64,000 bases of DNA from Ignavibacteriota bacterium. Its GTDB lineage: Bacteria > Bacteroidota > Ignavibacteria > Palsa-1295. The translations under genes and the position numbers were made by a program. Under the pieces are notes generated by a model, which had not been told where the DNA came from, did not search any database, and saw only the letters and a program-made list of their open reading frames with translations. Below are positions 38,191-48,495 of the stretch, one piece after another (within the stretch, counting starts at the first letter, position 1; each line of letters opens with the position of its first letter). The DNA is taken from the NCBI GenBank assembly GCA_963787835.1, contig CAWBEI010000002.1, positions 1,696,001-1,760,000 of the forward strand, in the 5' to 3' direction.

Positions 38191-39006
38191 ATGGCTATTA
38201 CAATTCATCCTACAGCGATCGTTGATCCTCGTGCCGAATTGGCCGATGGCGTCGAGATCGGACCCTACGCGATCGTCGAAGGCGACGTGCATATCGGGCA
38301 AGGCAGCCACATCCATCATCATGCCTTCATCGGTACCGGTGCACGCATCGGCGAACGATGCCAGATCCACCATGCTGCCGTTGTTTCCAACGTCCCGCAA
38401 GATCTGAAATTCAAGGGAACTGAAAAAACGTACGTGGAGCTTGGCAATGATAGCGTCATTCGCGAATTCGCTACACTCCATCGAGCGACCATTCACGATT
38501 ACGATACGAATGCCGGCACGAAAGACGGCGTGACTCGCGTCGGAGCCAATTGCCTTATCATGGCATACTCCCATGTAGCCCACGATTGTTTTATCGGCGA
38601 TGGAGTGATCCTCTCAAATGCCACGCAGCTTGCTGGCCATGTCACCGTTGATAAATGGACGACCGTTGGCGGTGGGTGCCTTGTGCATCAATTTTGTCTG
38701 ATCGGAATGCTCTGTATGGTCGGCGGTGGAGCTGAAGTTCGCAAGGACGTGCCGCCATTTGCTCTGGTCGGTGGCGGGGAGGCGAAGTTCAGTGGAATCA
38801 ACCGGATCGGGCTTCAGCGTCGTGGCAAGGATGCCTTTGTGCTTCAAGCGATCAAGTCTGTGTATTTCACGCTTTATAATTCGGGACTCAATGTATCCGA
38901 TGCTGTGAAGTCGATAGCCAATGGTCCCGATGCATCACTTCCGGAAGTACAGGAGATCCTGAAGTTTATCTCTCTCTCGAAACGCGGTATCATCGGGGCA
39001 GCTTAG
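38191..39006 (+). CDS. lpxA: UDP-N-acetylglucosamine O-acyltransferase
   Basis: IHPTAIV, PQDLKF, IREF, HVAHDC and LAGHV; hexapeptide repeats. Confidence 0.96.
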   Translation: MAITIHPTAIVDPRAELADGVEIGPYAIVEGDVHIGQGSHIHHHAFIGTGARIGERCQIHHAAVVSNVPQDLKFKGTEKTYVELGNDSVIREFATLHRATIHDYDTNAGTKDGVTRVGANCLIMAYSHVAHDCFIGDGVILSNATQLAGHVTVDKWTTVGGGCLVHQFCLIGMLCMVGGGAEVRKDVPPFALVGGGEAKFSGINRIGLQRRGKDAFVLQAIKSVYFTLYNSGLNVSDAVKSIANGPDASLPEVQEILKFISLSKRGIIGAA

Positions 39007-39060
39007 TTTTATGACACCTCTCATAAGAGCGTTAATCCATAATCTAATTTTTCCACAATA

Positions 39061-39092
39061 AAAAAGCCCTCGCTGTTTAGCGAGGGCTTTTT
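39061..39092. terminator. Bidirectional rho-independent terminator
   Basis: aaaaagccctcgct-gttt-agcgagggcttttt between convergent genes. Confidence 0.85.
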
Positions 39093-39111
39093 GCTATAAG
39101 CTTAGGAGTAA

Positions 39112-42100
39112 TTACTTACTCACCGTTACTTTGATCGTCGAGGAATTTTCACCGGCGATAAGTTTGCAGATGTAAGATCCCGAGGAAACAGCCGTTCCAC
39201 GGTCATCAGCGCCATCCCAGCGAACGGTATGGAATCCCTGACCGAGATCGCCATTGACGAGCGTCTTAACAACTTCACCAAGCTGATTATAGATCACGAG
39301 CGAACCGGAAGCATCAACGGGAACCGTGAAGCTGAATTCCGTAGATCCCAAAACAGGAGTGAACGGATTCGGATAGTTCTGCTCGAGCACGAAATCATTC
39401 GGTGCATCGATCTCAAGTTGAATCTCATTGGAGAGATGCTGCGCACCATTGACATCTGTCTGAAGCAGGCGGTAGGTGTAGGTGCCCGGCTTAACATTCT
39501 GATCGACGTAGCCGTATCCGGTTTCGGTCGAAGAGTTTGTTTCTTTGGCAGCAACATATCCGATATTCTCGAAGATATCATTAGAAGCTGCGAGCTTGCG
39601 TTGCACACTGAAACCAGTATTATTGACCTCGTTTGCAGTCGCCCACGTAAGCAGAGCCGCACCATTTTGCTGCTCGCCCTTGAGATAGAGCAATTGAACT
39701 GGCAATATGCCTTGCTCGCTCACCATGGCTCGAATCGAGGGGGTGTAGCTTCCAGCGCCGTAATAGTATGCGCCATTACCTCCGGAAGTTGTCCACGCCA
39801 AGATCGACGACCAAGGAATGCCGACATACGTATTCGTTGGCCACCAACCGATCGATGGAGTCCATTGTGCCCATCCACCGCTTCCGGCAGTAGCTTCAAC
39901 GGCCCATGCGCAACTGATATCGCCATCATTATTGGAACGGCTCCATTGTGTGCCATAGGGGTCATCATTAGCTGGCTCGATATCCGGTGAAATGTAGAAT
40001 GGATCCCATTCGCGAATGATGCCACCTCCACGAGAACAATCCGTGCCCAATGACATATTTTCCAACCCTAACTGGCTGACCGATGCCCAGTAAACGCCCT
40101 TCGAAGCACCATTGCTCGCCAACACGATAGGTTGCGGGAAAAGGTAGGATACGAATTGGTCGAAGCTGGGACCGCGTGTAGCTGCCACCGTTGCCTGAAC
40201 ACCTTCTTGCTCAAGGGTGTCGCCAGGAGTGCAGGAACCGGGTTCGCCAGAAAGTAAGCTAAGTCGGATCGCGTCTGGAGATTGATTTGCATCCCCAAAG
40301 TATGCTCGAATTCCGTAGAAGGTATCCTGAGTAGAAAGGGTAAACTTCATTGCGAAGCTGCCGCTTGTATTAACGAAGCCCACGCCTTCGCCTGTGATTT
40401 GCACGAGACCCGGCCAGTCATTACCCGAATTCAGCCCCGGATCCAGACCGGCAGCATCATAGGCAAATTCCTGTACTCCACCATTCGAGTTATTATCATC
40501 TACATTAAGAGCGAACAGAGTGTACGTTCCAGTGATGTTCGAAGGTGACGAGAAATTCGCCTGATCGAGCCATGCATCCACAGTGAAAATCGCGCTACTA
40601 CCGACGCCAGCATCCTGGGCATTCCAGTTCGGCAACTTGATGACCGTATCGGTTCCGCCATTGAGAGAATTTACCACAACAGCTTGCCAGTAAACGGTAT
40701 GACCGTTCGGATCGAGAATTTGCACTCGGATCGGAAATGCGATCTCAACATCCGTTGCCAAATTTGCGATCTTTACATAGACAGGAAGCGAGATAGCTTC
40801 TGATGCGGGAATCTTGGTGTACGGATTTACAACGCGCACCCACATGACCTCAATTTCAGGTTTGAGTGGCACGAGTACGGTCGGATTATCCACGAACCAA
40901 GGATCGTTGTCATCAGAGGGTGGTGGGATAGGAGGAGCGTCATTCTTAGACTTGAGTCTAAGTCGGAACCGGAAATCTGCAGTGAAGTAATTCGCATAAT
41001 TTTTCGCGGTTGTTGAAGATATTCCATCGATGTTTATCAGTCCTGTTTTCAAGTTCATGAAGAATTTTTTGAACTCAAAATCACGACCACCGTCGATTGC
41101 GGCAATCGGTGCCCAGGAACTGGCGGCGGGATTGCAACCGGGCTGGCTTGGTGCTTTGAAATTCGAGGAGAAGAGAATCGCCTTTCCGAAGCACGGAACC
41201 ATCGTTGACGTTAAGAACCGTCCATTCGGGTCCATACATGGAACCGGCATCCCAGGGGAATTGGAAGAAACCAAGGAATTTACCGGATCGCTGGAAGTCG
41301 AATGTCAAATTCGCAGTGGGTTTCCCCTGCAAATTGATCGGAAAGCTCACGAGGGTATCTCCGGTGTTCGAGGCACCGTAGGGAAGTCCGTTAACGTCTT
41401 CGTTGTCCAGCTGAATGACTGGAGAGACATACCCATCAGGGCCATCGCCTACACCGTCATTGTAGCGTGGTGGCGGAGGATCCCACGTGTAGGTCTCACC
41501 GTCAAGAACCGTCGCACCAAGAGAAACCCATAAGGTCTGATCGGGGATATCGGCCGTGACGGTCTTGCTATAGTTATCCGAAGGATCGAAGAATGGAACC
41601 GATGTGCGGCGAATTCCGAATACGCTGGTGCAGACGGTGTCATCGAATGGCCATTGATCTCCAATGTTGACATCGGCGGTATCGTAAGTGGTCGCAATGG
41701 CGCACGCATTAAAAGTCCCAAGCTCGCTGATAATGTTCGGATTGGTAGTGTACGGTGCAAACGTAGTATCTACGGTGGCACCAGGCAATACGCCGACGAG
41801 CGATACAACGCGGCTATACACTGCAATGCCTGTAACGGAATTGCGAATGGTGAAACGGCACTTGAACGTGTTCGTATTCACGGCATCGACGTTCTTGAAC
41901 GAAGCCTTAGGCGTAATAGACCCACCGAGGCAAATTTCATAATTCCTCGTTGGGAAGTCAACAGTCAGAGCGCGGACCTTATCAATCCACCGCTTGTACT
42001 TGATGGACCATTGCTTATCTTGGTTCCAGGACTGATTGCACGTCTTACAGGTTTTATTAACAGCTTCCCATCCACCGGCTCCGCTTGTACCCGTGCCGCC

Positions 42101-42988
42101 GGAGGGACCGTAAACAACGCCCGTACCCTGAGAGCCGTTTTCATTGACAAGCCCGATGGAGACATTGTCTCCAAAGGCCGCGTAGGCAAGCAGAGGGGGG
42201 AATCCGTTGATTCCGCCCGTGAAGCCACCGTAATTGACTTGAATGCTGGAATCCGTGTTAGAAAGAATGATTTGGAACTTCTTGCAATACAACTTATTCG
42301 CGCCCGGATTGGTCCATGCAAAACCACCCGGAAGTTGATTGACCGAATTGCTCGGGCGAAGACGGAAATTGTAATAGTTTACAATGAACGTATCCTGTGT
42401 TGCGGATGTGCGATAATACACTTTTGATGTATCCGCAGGACCGCCATGACGCAGATCCAGATCGGCCCAAAGGGCTGCAACGATCGCGTAGGGTGCGTTG
42501 CTATACTTCGACGCGAGATCTACGCGCTTCGGAGAGCAATAATTTGGGGAGTTCTGCGTAGCATACGTAAAGCCGAGGAAACCAATGAAACCATTGGAGG
42601 AAATATAAACGCTGTCATAATTCCCGCCATAGAAATTCCAATGATGACTGAGACCCATATAAATAGGACCGGCCATGCAATCGTTCAAGGTATCCATGAG
42701 CGATGGCGACGATAGATGCGTCGGATCGAAGAAATACTGACCGGCAGGAGCATTCTGCTGTGGACCAGTCCATATCCTATTCCACGAAGAAGGAAGATAG
42801 TTCGTATCGAGGAATTGGTACACTGGCCGCCAGGGTTCCGGGGCATTATCGTCCGAATCGACGATAAAATAACCCGTCGAGAGTGAACTTGGCTCACCGC
42901 GGCGATCTGAGGATTGCGCCTTGCCAATCGTCGCAAATGCGATCATGGAAAAGCACACAAGAAGCGACAGGTAGTACACACGTCTCAT
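39112..42988 (-). pseudogene. Large secreted T9SS cargo protein (~1291 aa if repaired), split by a +1 frameshift at ~41160
   Basis: ORF 41081-43069 carries the signal peptide (MRRVYY.. from 42988). ORF 39112-41274 carries LPVQL-Ig and a QNYPNPF/FlgD CTD. Removing one T from GAATTTCAAA joins LLLEF to KAPSQPGC. May be a sequencing error. Confidence 0.75.
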
Positions 42989-43271
42989 CTTTGTATTGTT
43001 GATTAAGTGATTAGTTAGAACGATGTTTGAATAAAAATGCATGATAAGGCATGCCGCATGATCGCTCATGCGCCCCGGGTATGATAACTCACGCCCGAAA
43101 TTGCCATTTCAATTGGTAGCTCCTGACATTTAATCAGAACCTAACAATCAATTTGAAACAACTTTGAAAAACAATCGAAGAAGGGAGCAACCGAAAGAAA
43201 ACCTGTCCCGAAAGGGTGGGAAGATTGATGATTCTTCATTCCCTGCCTCGAAAATTTTAATCTGATGGTTA

Positions 43272-43301
43272 CAAATATAATACATCAGAAACAGGATGCA
43301 A
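43272..43301 (-). promoter_or_regulatory. Promoter of the large T9SS cargo gene
   Basis: Minus strand TTGCAT-N16-TATATTTG, matching both sigma70 -35/-10 and TAnnTTTG. Confidence 0.55.
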
Positions 43302-43449
43302 TCGAAATGTGTCTTTACGGCACCTATCGAACTCCACCTTGCTTACAATGAAGACCAGCGAAAAGGCAAAAGGTAACAGGATATTGTAAAAAAAATGAAA
43401 AAATCCTGTATTACCTCTTTTTATCAATAATTTTAGGTTTTTAGATTGC

Positions 43450-44394
43450 TTATTGACAATCCACGGCTCCCTCATCAATCCATTTACCAATCTTTAGCAC
43501 TTCACTGGGTGAAAGAGCAGGTGCGGGGGATGGCGGCATTCGGTTATTTACATTAAATTGTGTGATTGCAGTATAGAGCCGACTTGACCGGGCGTTTCCA
43601 GGACGAGTGCTTCTTTCAGTGCCCGAAAACGTGGTACAGTCTAACCCTCCTTTTTGCGAGTTGGCATCATGGCAGCCGCTCATACCACAATTAGCGGAAA
43701 GTACAGGGAGGATATCCCTTGTGAAGCATAACATGGAGTTTGATGAGTTCAGGAGCGTTATTCTACTTTCAGCATAAACAGCGCTGTCAATAAGAGAAAC
43801 CGCACGGATCACGGTTTGAACGCCGTCATTTGAAATGCTGGAAGGCGCAGTGTAGAGTCCAGAATCACTGATTGATCCAGAGCCGCTTACTATTTCCCAC
43901 CGTAATTGTGGTATTGTGCTTTGCATCGTGATCGTGTCTATTAAAAACTGCTGGGTCGAATTCGTTAAAATCGTGTCCGATCCAGGGCTAATACTAAAGG
44001 CCGTGTCGGTCGGGCGGATAATCGAGATCAGACATGTTACCGAACGACTCGCATCTTCCTCTGATGTAACGGTTATCGTAGCTACCTGGTGTAGCGAGGT
44101 CAGGATGGGAGGGGCTTGAAAGATCGCGCTCGATCCATTTGGAGTTATGCTCCCATTGTTGCCGCCTCCATCCACTGACCAGGTTACGCTGCCTGTATTT
44201 GTAAATCCGAGAACGGATGCTGTAAGCACCATCTTAGAATTGAGAACCGCCACGGCCGAAACCGGTGAGATGTGGACTTCCGTTAGATCGACATCGGGAT
44301 TTCCATCTATGGTGTACTGACATCCAGAAAGCAAGGATGAAGTATAAAGTACAAGGAATGGAATAAACACTATCACTGCGAAGCGATGGCGCAT
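43450..44394 (-). CDS. Lipoprotein with two Ig-like domains and a C-terminal c-type cytochrome domain (CX4CH)
   Basis: Lipobox LSGC; two VTW/LRW Ig repeats; FTRDILPVL..NCGMSGCH..PGNARSSRL..RMPP..WIDEGA (Planctomycete cytochrome c-like); alternative start 44436. Confidence 0.8.
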   Translation of the reverse strand: MRHRFAVIVFIPFLVLYTSSLLSGCQYTIDGNPDVDLTEVHISPVSAVAVLNSKMVLTASVLGFTNTGSVTWSVDGGGNNGSITPNGSSAIFQAPPILTSLHQVATITVTSEEDASRSVTCLISIIRPTDTAFSISPGSDTILTNSTQQFLIDTITMQSTIPQLRWEIVSGSGSISDSGLYTAPSSISNDGVQTVIRAVSLIDSAVYAESRITLLNSSNSMLCFTRDILPVLSANCGMSGCHDANSQKGGLDCTTFSGTERSTRPGNARSSRLYTAITQFNVNNRMPPSPAPALSPSEVLKIGKWIDEGAVDCQ

Positions 44395-44441
44395 GAGAGT
44401 AATGAAATATGGCCTATTAATTTCTGGCTTCTTCATTTTCT

Positions 44442-45629
44442 TTAGTAGAAGAAATGTACTTGTGCCGTCCATTGCCCTGTGTGGGTACCCGTTCCGTAAA
44501 AGGGATTGAGATCGGTCACACGATATTCAGGCCGGATTTCAATATAAGGCAATGGGAAAAATTCTAATCCTGCGAGAAACCCGGTTGCGTAACCAAGTGA
44601 GACGCTCGGATACACTTCCGTCATACCCCAGTCGTATCTCCACTCCCAAATGAGCCAGTCGGCCAACTTGAGGTTCCCAATGATGCTGAAATTGCGGATG
44701 ATCTTGTTGGCTGCATCTTTGGAATATAGTCCCTCAAGATAAAATGTCGCTTTATCCGCTAAACCGAATCCACCAAAGCCATTTAACATTTCGAAATCGC
44801 CATTGACGAGTACAGAACCGCCAAACTCGCCATTAATACCCTCTTCTAGCAATTGGGGCCATAGCACGACTCGGCCGGAAACGGTTGGATGTGTAAAATC
44901 GAAGCTGGAAGAGACCGTCCCGATCGTGTTATCGATCTGCGCGAGATTTTTTGCATTGAAGACTCCGGCATTAACAGTCAGCCACTTAATTCCTTCGTAC
45001 GTAAGCTCACCGCCAACCTCATTATAATAAGGTGGAACGAGTGTAATGTTATTGTAGGCATCCATGGATGTGAACGAGGTGTGGTCATCCTGCAAAATGC
45101 CGATACTTGGCTCGATCATTCCAACGCGGATCGAAGGGAGCGTAATGTCCGGTTGATATTGCAGTGTGAGATCGTAATCTGTTTCTCCGGGATAAAGGCC
45201 GCTGGTGGTTCCGAATAGATCCATAAGTTTGCTTTCCTGGCTGCGGACATAAACGCTTGCCCAATTAATATCCGTATAGACTGCGACCTGGTGGTTGGGA
45301 ACGAACCCGAGCGAGGTCGAGAGCTGCATCGGAATAAGTAGCTCCTGATTTGTCTGCGAGACCCGCACTAATTGAAATCGAGCATCCCCTCCCGGATAGA
45401 TCTTGTTATTAAGAAGTCCATTCGATACGGCATTGCTATCCTGGGGACCCCATTGGAAAAGCCCAGTATAATTCATCATTTCCCATCCAAGCTCCGTGCG
45501 CAACCCGCCCCCATGTGGATTGAAATGGCAGACGGAACAGCGTGTGCCAGTAAGCAACGAGAAAAGGGGAACGGCCTGGCAGGTCTGTGCAAGAAGCAAA
45601 CAAAAAGCAATGGTCACTGGAACCTTCAT
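44442..45629 (-). CDS. Cyc2-like fused monoheme cytochrome c-porin
   Basis: Signal peptide CQA|V, then PLFSLLTGTRCSVCHFNPHGGGLR, then a multi-strand barrel ending QVHFFY. Confidence 0.7.
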   Translation of the reverse strand: MKVPVTIAFCLLLAQTCQAVPLFSLLTGTRCSVCHFNPHGGGLRTELGWEMMNYTGLFQWGPQDSNAVSNGLLNNKIYPGGDARFQLVRVSQTNQELLIPMQLSTSLGFVPNHQVAVYTDINWASVYVRSQESKLMDLFGTTSGLYPGETDYDLTLQYQPDITLPSIRVGMIEPSIGILQDDHTSFTSMDAYNNITLVPPYYNEVGGELTYEGIKWLTVNAGVFNAKNLAQIDNTIGTVSSSFDFTHPTVSGRVVLWPQLLEEGINGEFGGSVLVNGDFEMLNGFGGFGLADKATFYLEGLYSKDAANKIIRNFSIIGNLKLADWLIWEWRYDWGMTEVYPSVSLGYATGFLAGLEFFPLPYIEIRPEYRVTDLNPFYGTGTHTGQWTAQVHFFY

Positions 45630-45694
45630 ATTACTACGTAATATGATCTTAACGAAGTGCGAGCTTAAAAATAAATGCACCCGAAATATTATTA

Positions 45695-46177
45695 TTAAAT
45701 GATCTTGATATTTGCAATCCCGCCTACGGGAGGGTCTGGCAAAACTTGATAAGAGCTAAGCGGCAAGGTTGCCGGTCCCTGAACCACCGAACCATCCAGC
45801 GCAAACTGTGAATTATGACATAGGCAGACGATGTGGTCAGAAGCAGTTAGTTGGCTACTGACCGAGCAGCCCTGATGAGTGCATTTCATCGATAATGCAT
45901 GGACAAGACCATCCGGAGTAAGCGTAACAATAACGCCAAAGCTATCCGTCGGGGAAGTAAAATTTGGTACAACAACTGACGGGTTGCCCTGTGTAAGCGC
46001 CGATATATTCACAGCTAATTCACCGTTAGCGCCGAGAGGTGTGGAGGATTGTTCCGGTTCGAGAGGCACGGAGGTCGGTTCACAGCCTATAAGGAGCGGG
46101 AGGCTTACGTAACCGAGTACCGTGCCGCCAGCGATCTTTGTCAGGCCAGAAAGAAATTCTCTTCGAGTGTTTTTCAC
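45695..46177 (-). CDS. Rieske [2Fe-2S] protein, Tat-exported lipoprotein
   Basis: GTG start overlapping the upstream stop (GTGA); TRREFL twin-arginine motif, lipobox LIGC, CTHQGC and CLCHNSQF. Confidence 0.88.
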   Translation of the reverse strand: MKNTRREFLSGLTKIAGGTVLGYVSLPLLIGCEPTSVPLEPEQSSTPLGANGELAVNISALTQGNPSVVVPNFTSPTDSFGVIVTLTPDGLVHALSMKCTHQGCSVSSQLTASDHIVCLCHNSQFALDGSVVQGPATLPLSSYQVLPDPPVGGIANIKII

Positions 46178-46989
46178 GTATGTAATGACACCAAATGGAT
46201 AGCCGATAAATACAAAAAGTATGGAGGGTGAAATTCGAGAAAGCGAGTGCAGAGAGATCCTAATAAACTGTTTTTCATGGATCCCGGAGACATTAGCATC
46301 ATTATCGAACGAACGACAAAATAGAGTGCAAACACTATCATGGCAATGCCAAACCATCGAGTGATGCTTTGAACATGGACCTGAGAAAATGACTTATGCC
46401 GCCTGTGAATTGTGATCGCAAGTAAGGAAAGGTACGACCCAATACCAAGACACCCGGCCACCAGAAAAAAAAGGCGCGATGTGGTGGTAAGTTCCATTGA
46501 TATTCCTACATCTTTTAACAATCTCGCGGCGAGCAGCCACCAGGCGATCATCATAGGATTTGTGAACGCCAGAGAGAATCCAGTGAAATACGCAATCCGC
46601 CGATTTGCAAGTCGGGAAGGTTGAGACGAAATATCTCCGATCTTCGCTTCATCGTGAGAGGAATTTAAGCCCATCTTTGACTTGCTCCCGGAATTACTTT
46701 CACGAAGCATTATTATGGCAAAAACGAGGATGACCGCTGCATTTACAAGCCAAAAGATTGCTTCCACAATAGGCTGTTGCAGGATCGGCGCAAGCCCATA
46801 AAGCGCGATGGCTCCGTACATGAAATCAGAGGAGATCGACCCTAAAACCACCATCAGTGCTGCGGCCAAAAAACCACCAAGGGATCGCCGGGCTACCTCT
46901 ATTTGAGAGGCTCCGATGGGAATAGCGGCAAGAAAGCCTAAAACATAGACGCAGAGAAGGAAAAGTGCCGTACTAAATAGCGTATTCAC
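46174..46989 (-). CDS. LysE-family translocator
   Basis: GFLAAIPIGA, D-x-x-Y, GFSLAFTNP..WW; multiple TM helices. Confidence 0.8.
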   Translation of the reverse strand: MNTLFSTALFLLCVYVLGFLAAIPIGASQIEVARRSLGGFLAAALMVVLGSISSDFMYGAIALYGLAPILQQPIVEAIFWLVNAAVILVFAIIMLRESNSGSKSKMGLNSSHDEAKIGDISSQPSRLANRRIAYFTGFSLAFTNPMMIAWWLLAARLLKDVGISMELTTTSRLFFLVAGCLGIGSYLSLLAITIHRRHKSFSQVHVQSITRWFGIAMIVFALYFVVRSIMMLMSPGSMKNSLLGSLCTRFLEFHPPYFLYLSAIHLVSLHT

Positions 46990-48448
46990 GTTCAGGTTTT
47001 AGCGTGATAGTTGATTGTATCTTTACGGCCTCATTGTCGTTTAGGAGCGGGATCCATTCGCCAGAGAGCGTCTTAAAATAGGAAGAAATATAGTCCACGA
47101 TCTCATCAACGGGCAAACCGTCGAAGCACCGAACTTCTGCGCAGGATTTGCCAAATTTATTTACGCAGGTAATGTTTCTGCACGGAGCGGGCGCTGAGAA
47201 AGATTTCGATGGGGCATCCTGATTTGCAGGAGCATGGAACGGTTGTTCGGAGTCGTACCCGTACATCCGGGAGTCGGTCGCTCCGTAAATTGCGAGAATG
47301 ACCGTTTTATTTCTCAGCGGGCTTCCATCTTGACCGAGCTTACGGCAAGCCGCAATATGCAGTGGGCCGGTATCGCCTGATATAAACATATCACTTGCAT
47401 CGATAAGCGCCGTGTACGCCTCTATTGGCATGTATGGAACGATGTGAACTTTTTCAAGCGAATATTCCGGGAGCGTCGCGATGAGGGAGCCTTCGATGCC
47501 CAAGCTCGTATAGGCACGCCCGATGAGAATAGCAGATACCAGTTTCAATTCCCCGATCTCGCGAAGTAATTTCACCTGAACGTCAAACGGGATCTGGCCG
47601 AATTTCGAGGTCGCATCCGGATTAAAAAAAACGATCCTATTCCCGGAGGCTACCCCCAACCCATCTAAAAAAGCTTGTGCCGTTGCGATCGAGTCAGTGG
47701 AAAGATATACGGCATTGGTGTTAAGGTTTCCAATTTGGTCCGCATGCAGATGATCGGTCGTTCTGTGCGATTTAAACACGCCGGAATTCTCAGGCCCAAG
47801 AAATTCGGAGACGAACGCTCGCGAAAGATAGGAGATATGCCGTGTACCATTCAACTTCCATGCGCGTATCACGTAGGCAGCAAATGGAAGGTAAAGCTGA
47901 ATCATGCGAGCACTGGGACCCAGAGCTTTCTTGCCGAGGAACGGGCCTAAGTTCAAGACAACCGAAAATTGTTCCCTCTCAACGAGCAACTGAAGTCGTG
48001 CGATGTCTTCCTCTGTTGGAAATCCCCTCTCTCCGTGAATAATATTATGAACGTGAACCTCCGGAATACCGTCGATGAGTTCACCACCTGTCTTATTGCA
48101 CACATAATGAAGTTCGGCATACGGAAAAGATTTTCGAATGGCAGGTAAGCATTGAGCGGCAAGCACGGAATCACCGATGCAGACATCGACGATCAGGAGA
48201 ATTTTTTGTGGCTGGGCTGATTCAATTGCACGTCCATTTTGTGAGGCATTAAGCAATGATCGCGATGTATTCCATTGCTTTCGGTATTTTCGAAGATAGA
48301 AATTGCATATCATCCTGCTTCCGAAGAATCCAACGAACGCTCGTTGAAACACTTTCGGACCAAACGAGGGATAGGCATCGGTCGTCCGATCGAGAAGCTC
48401 CAGCCCTAATTTGGATAGTCCCTTATTTAGCATATTAGATTGCGGCAA
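46973..48448 (-). CDS. Glycosyltransferase family 9 (heptosyltransferase-like)
   Basis: IGDSV, FPYAEL, FISGDTGPLHIAA, IYGATD and a C-terminal Cys cluster; start uncertain. Confidence 0.82.
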   Translation of the reverse strand: MPQSNMLNKGLSKLGLELLDRTTDAYPSFGPKVFQRAFVGFFGSRMICNFYLRKYRKQWNTSRSLLNASQNGRAIESAQPQKILLIVDVCIGDSVLAAQCLPAIRKSFPYAELHYVCNKTGGELIDGIPEVHVHNIIHGERGFPTEEDIARLQLLVEREQFSVVLNLGPFLGKKALGPSARMIQLYLPFAAYVIRAWKLNGTRHISYLSRAFVSEFLGPENSGVFKSHRTTDHLHADQIGNLNTNAVYLSTDSIATAQAFLDGLGVASGNRIVFFNPDATSKFGQIPFDVQVKLLREIGELKLVSAILIGRAYTSLGIEGSLIATLPEYSLEKVHIVPYMPIEAYTALIDASDMFISGDTGPLHIAACRKLGQDGSPLRNKTVILAIYGATDSRMYGYDSEQPFHAPANQDAPSKSFSAPAPCRNITCVNKFGKSCAEVRCFDGLPVDEIVDYISSYFKTLSGEWIPLLNDNEAVKIQSTITLKPEREYAI

Positions 48449-48495
48449 TCACGAAACGGGATCTTCCCACGAGAAGATTGCTGCTGTGTCCGCTG

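Noticed and set aside
43185-43230. AAACCTGTCCCGAAAGGGTGGGA resembles part of a c-di-GMP-I riboswitch
   Set aside because: It is on the strand opposite the neighbouring genes and lacks the GGCAAA and GCAAAGC elements and the second stem
46174-46357. Long LysE/Rieske overlap suggesting a frameshifted fusion
   Set aside because: GTG at 46177 gives a clean Tat signal and a normal 4-bp GTGA overlap
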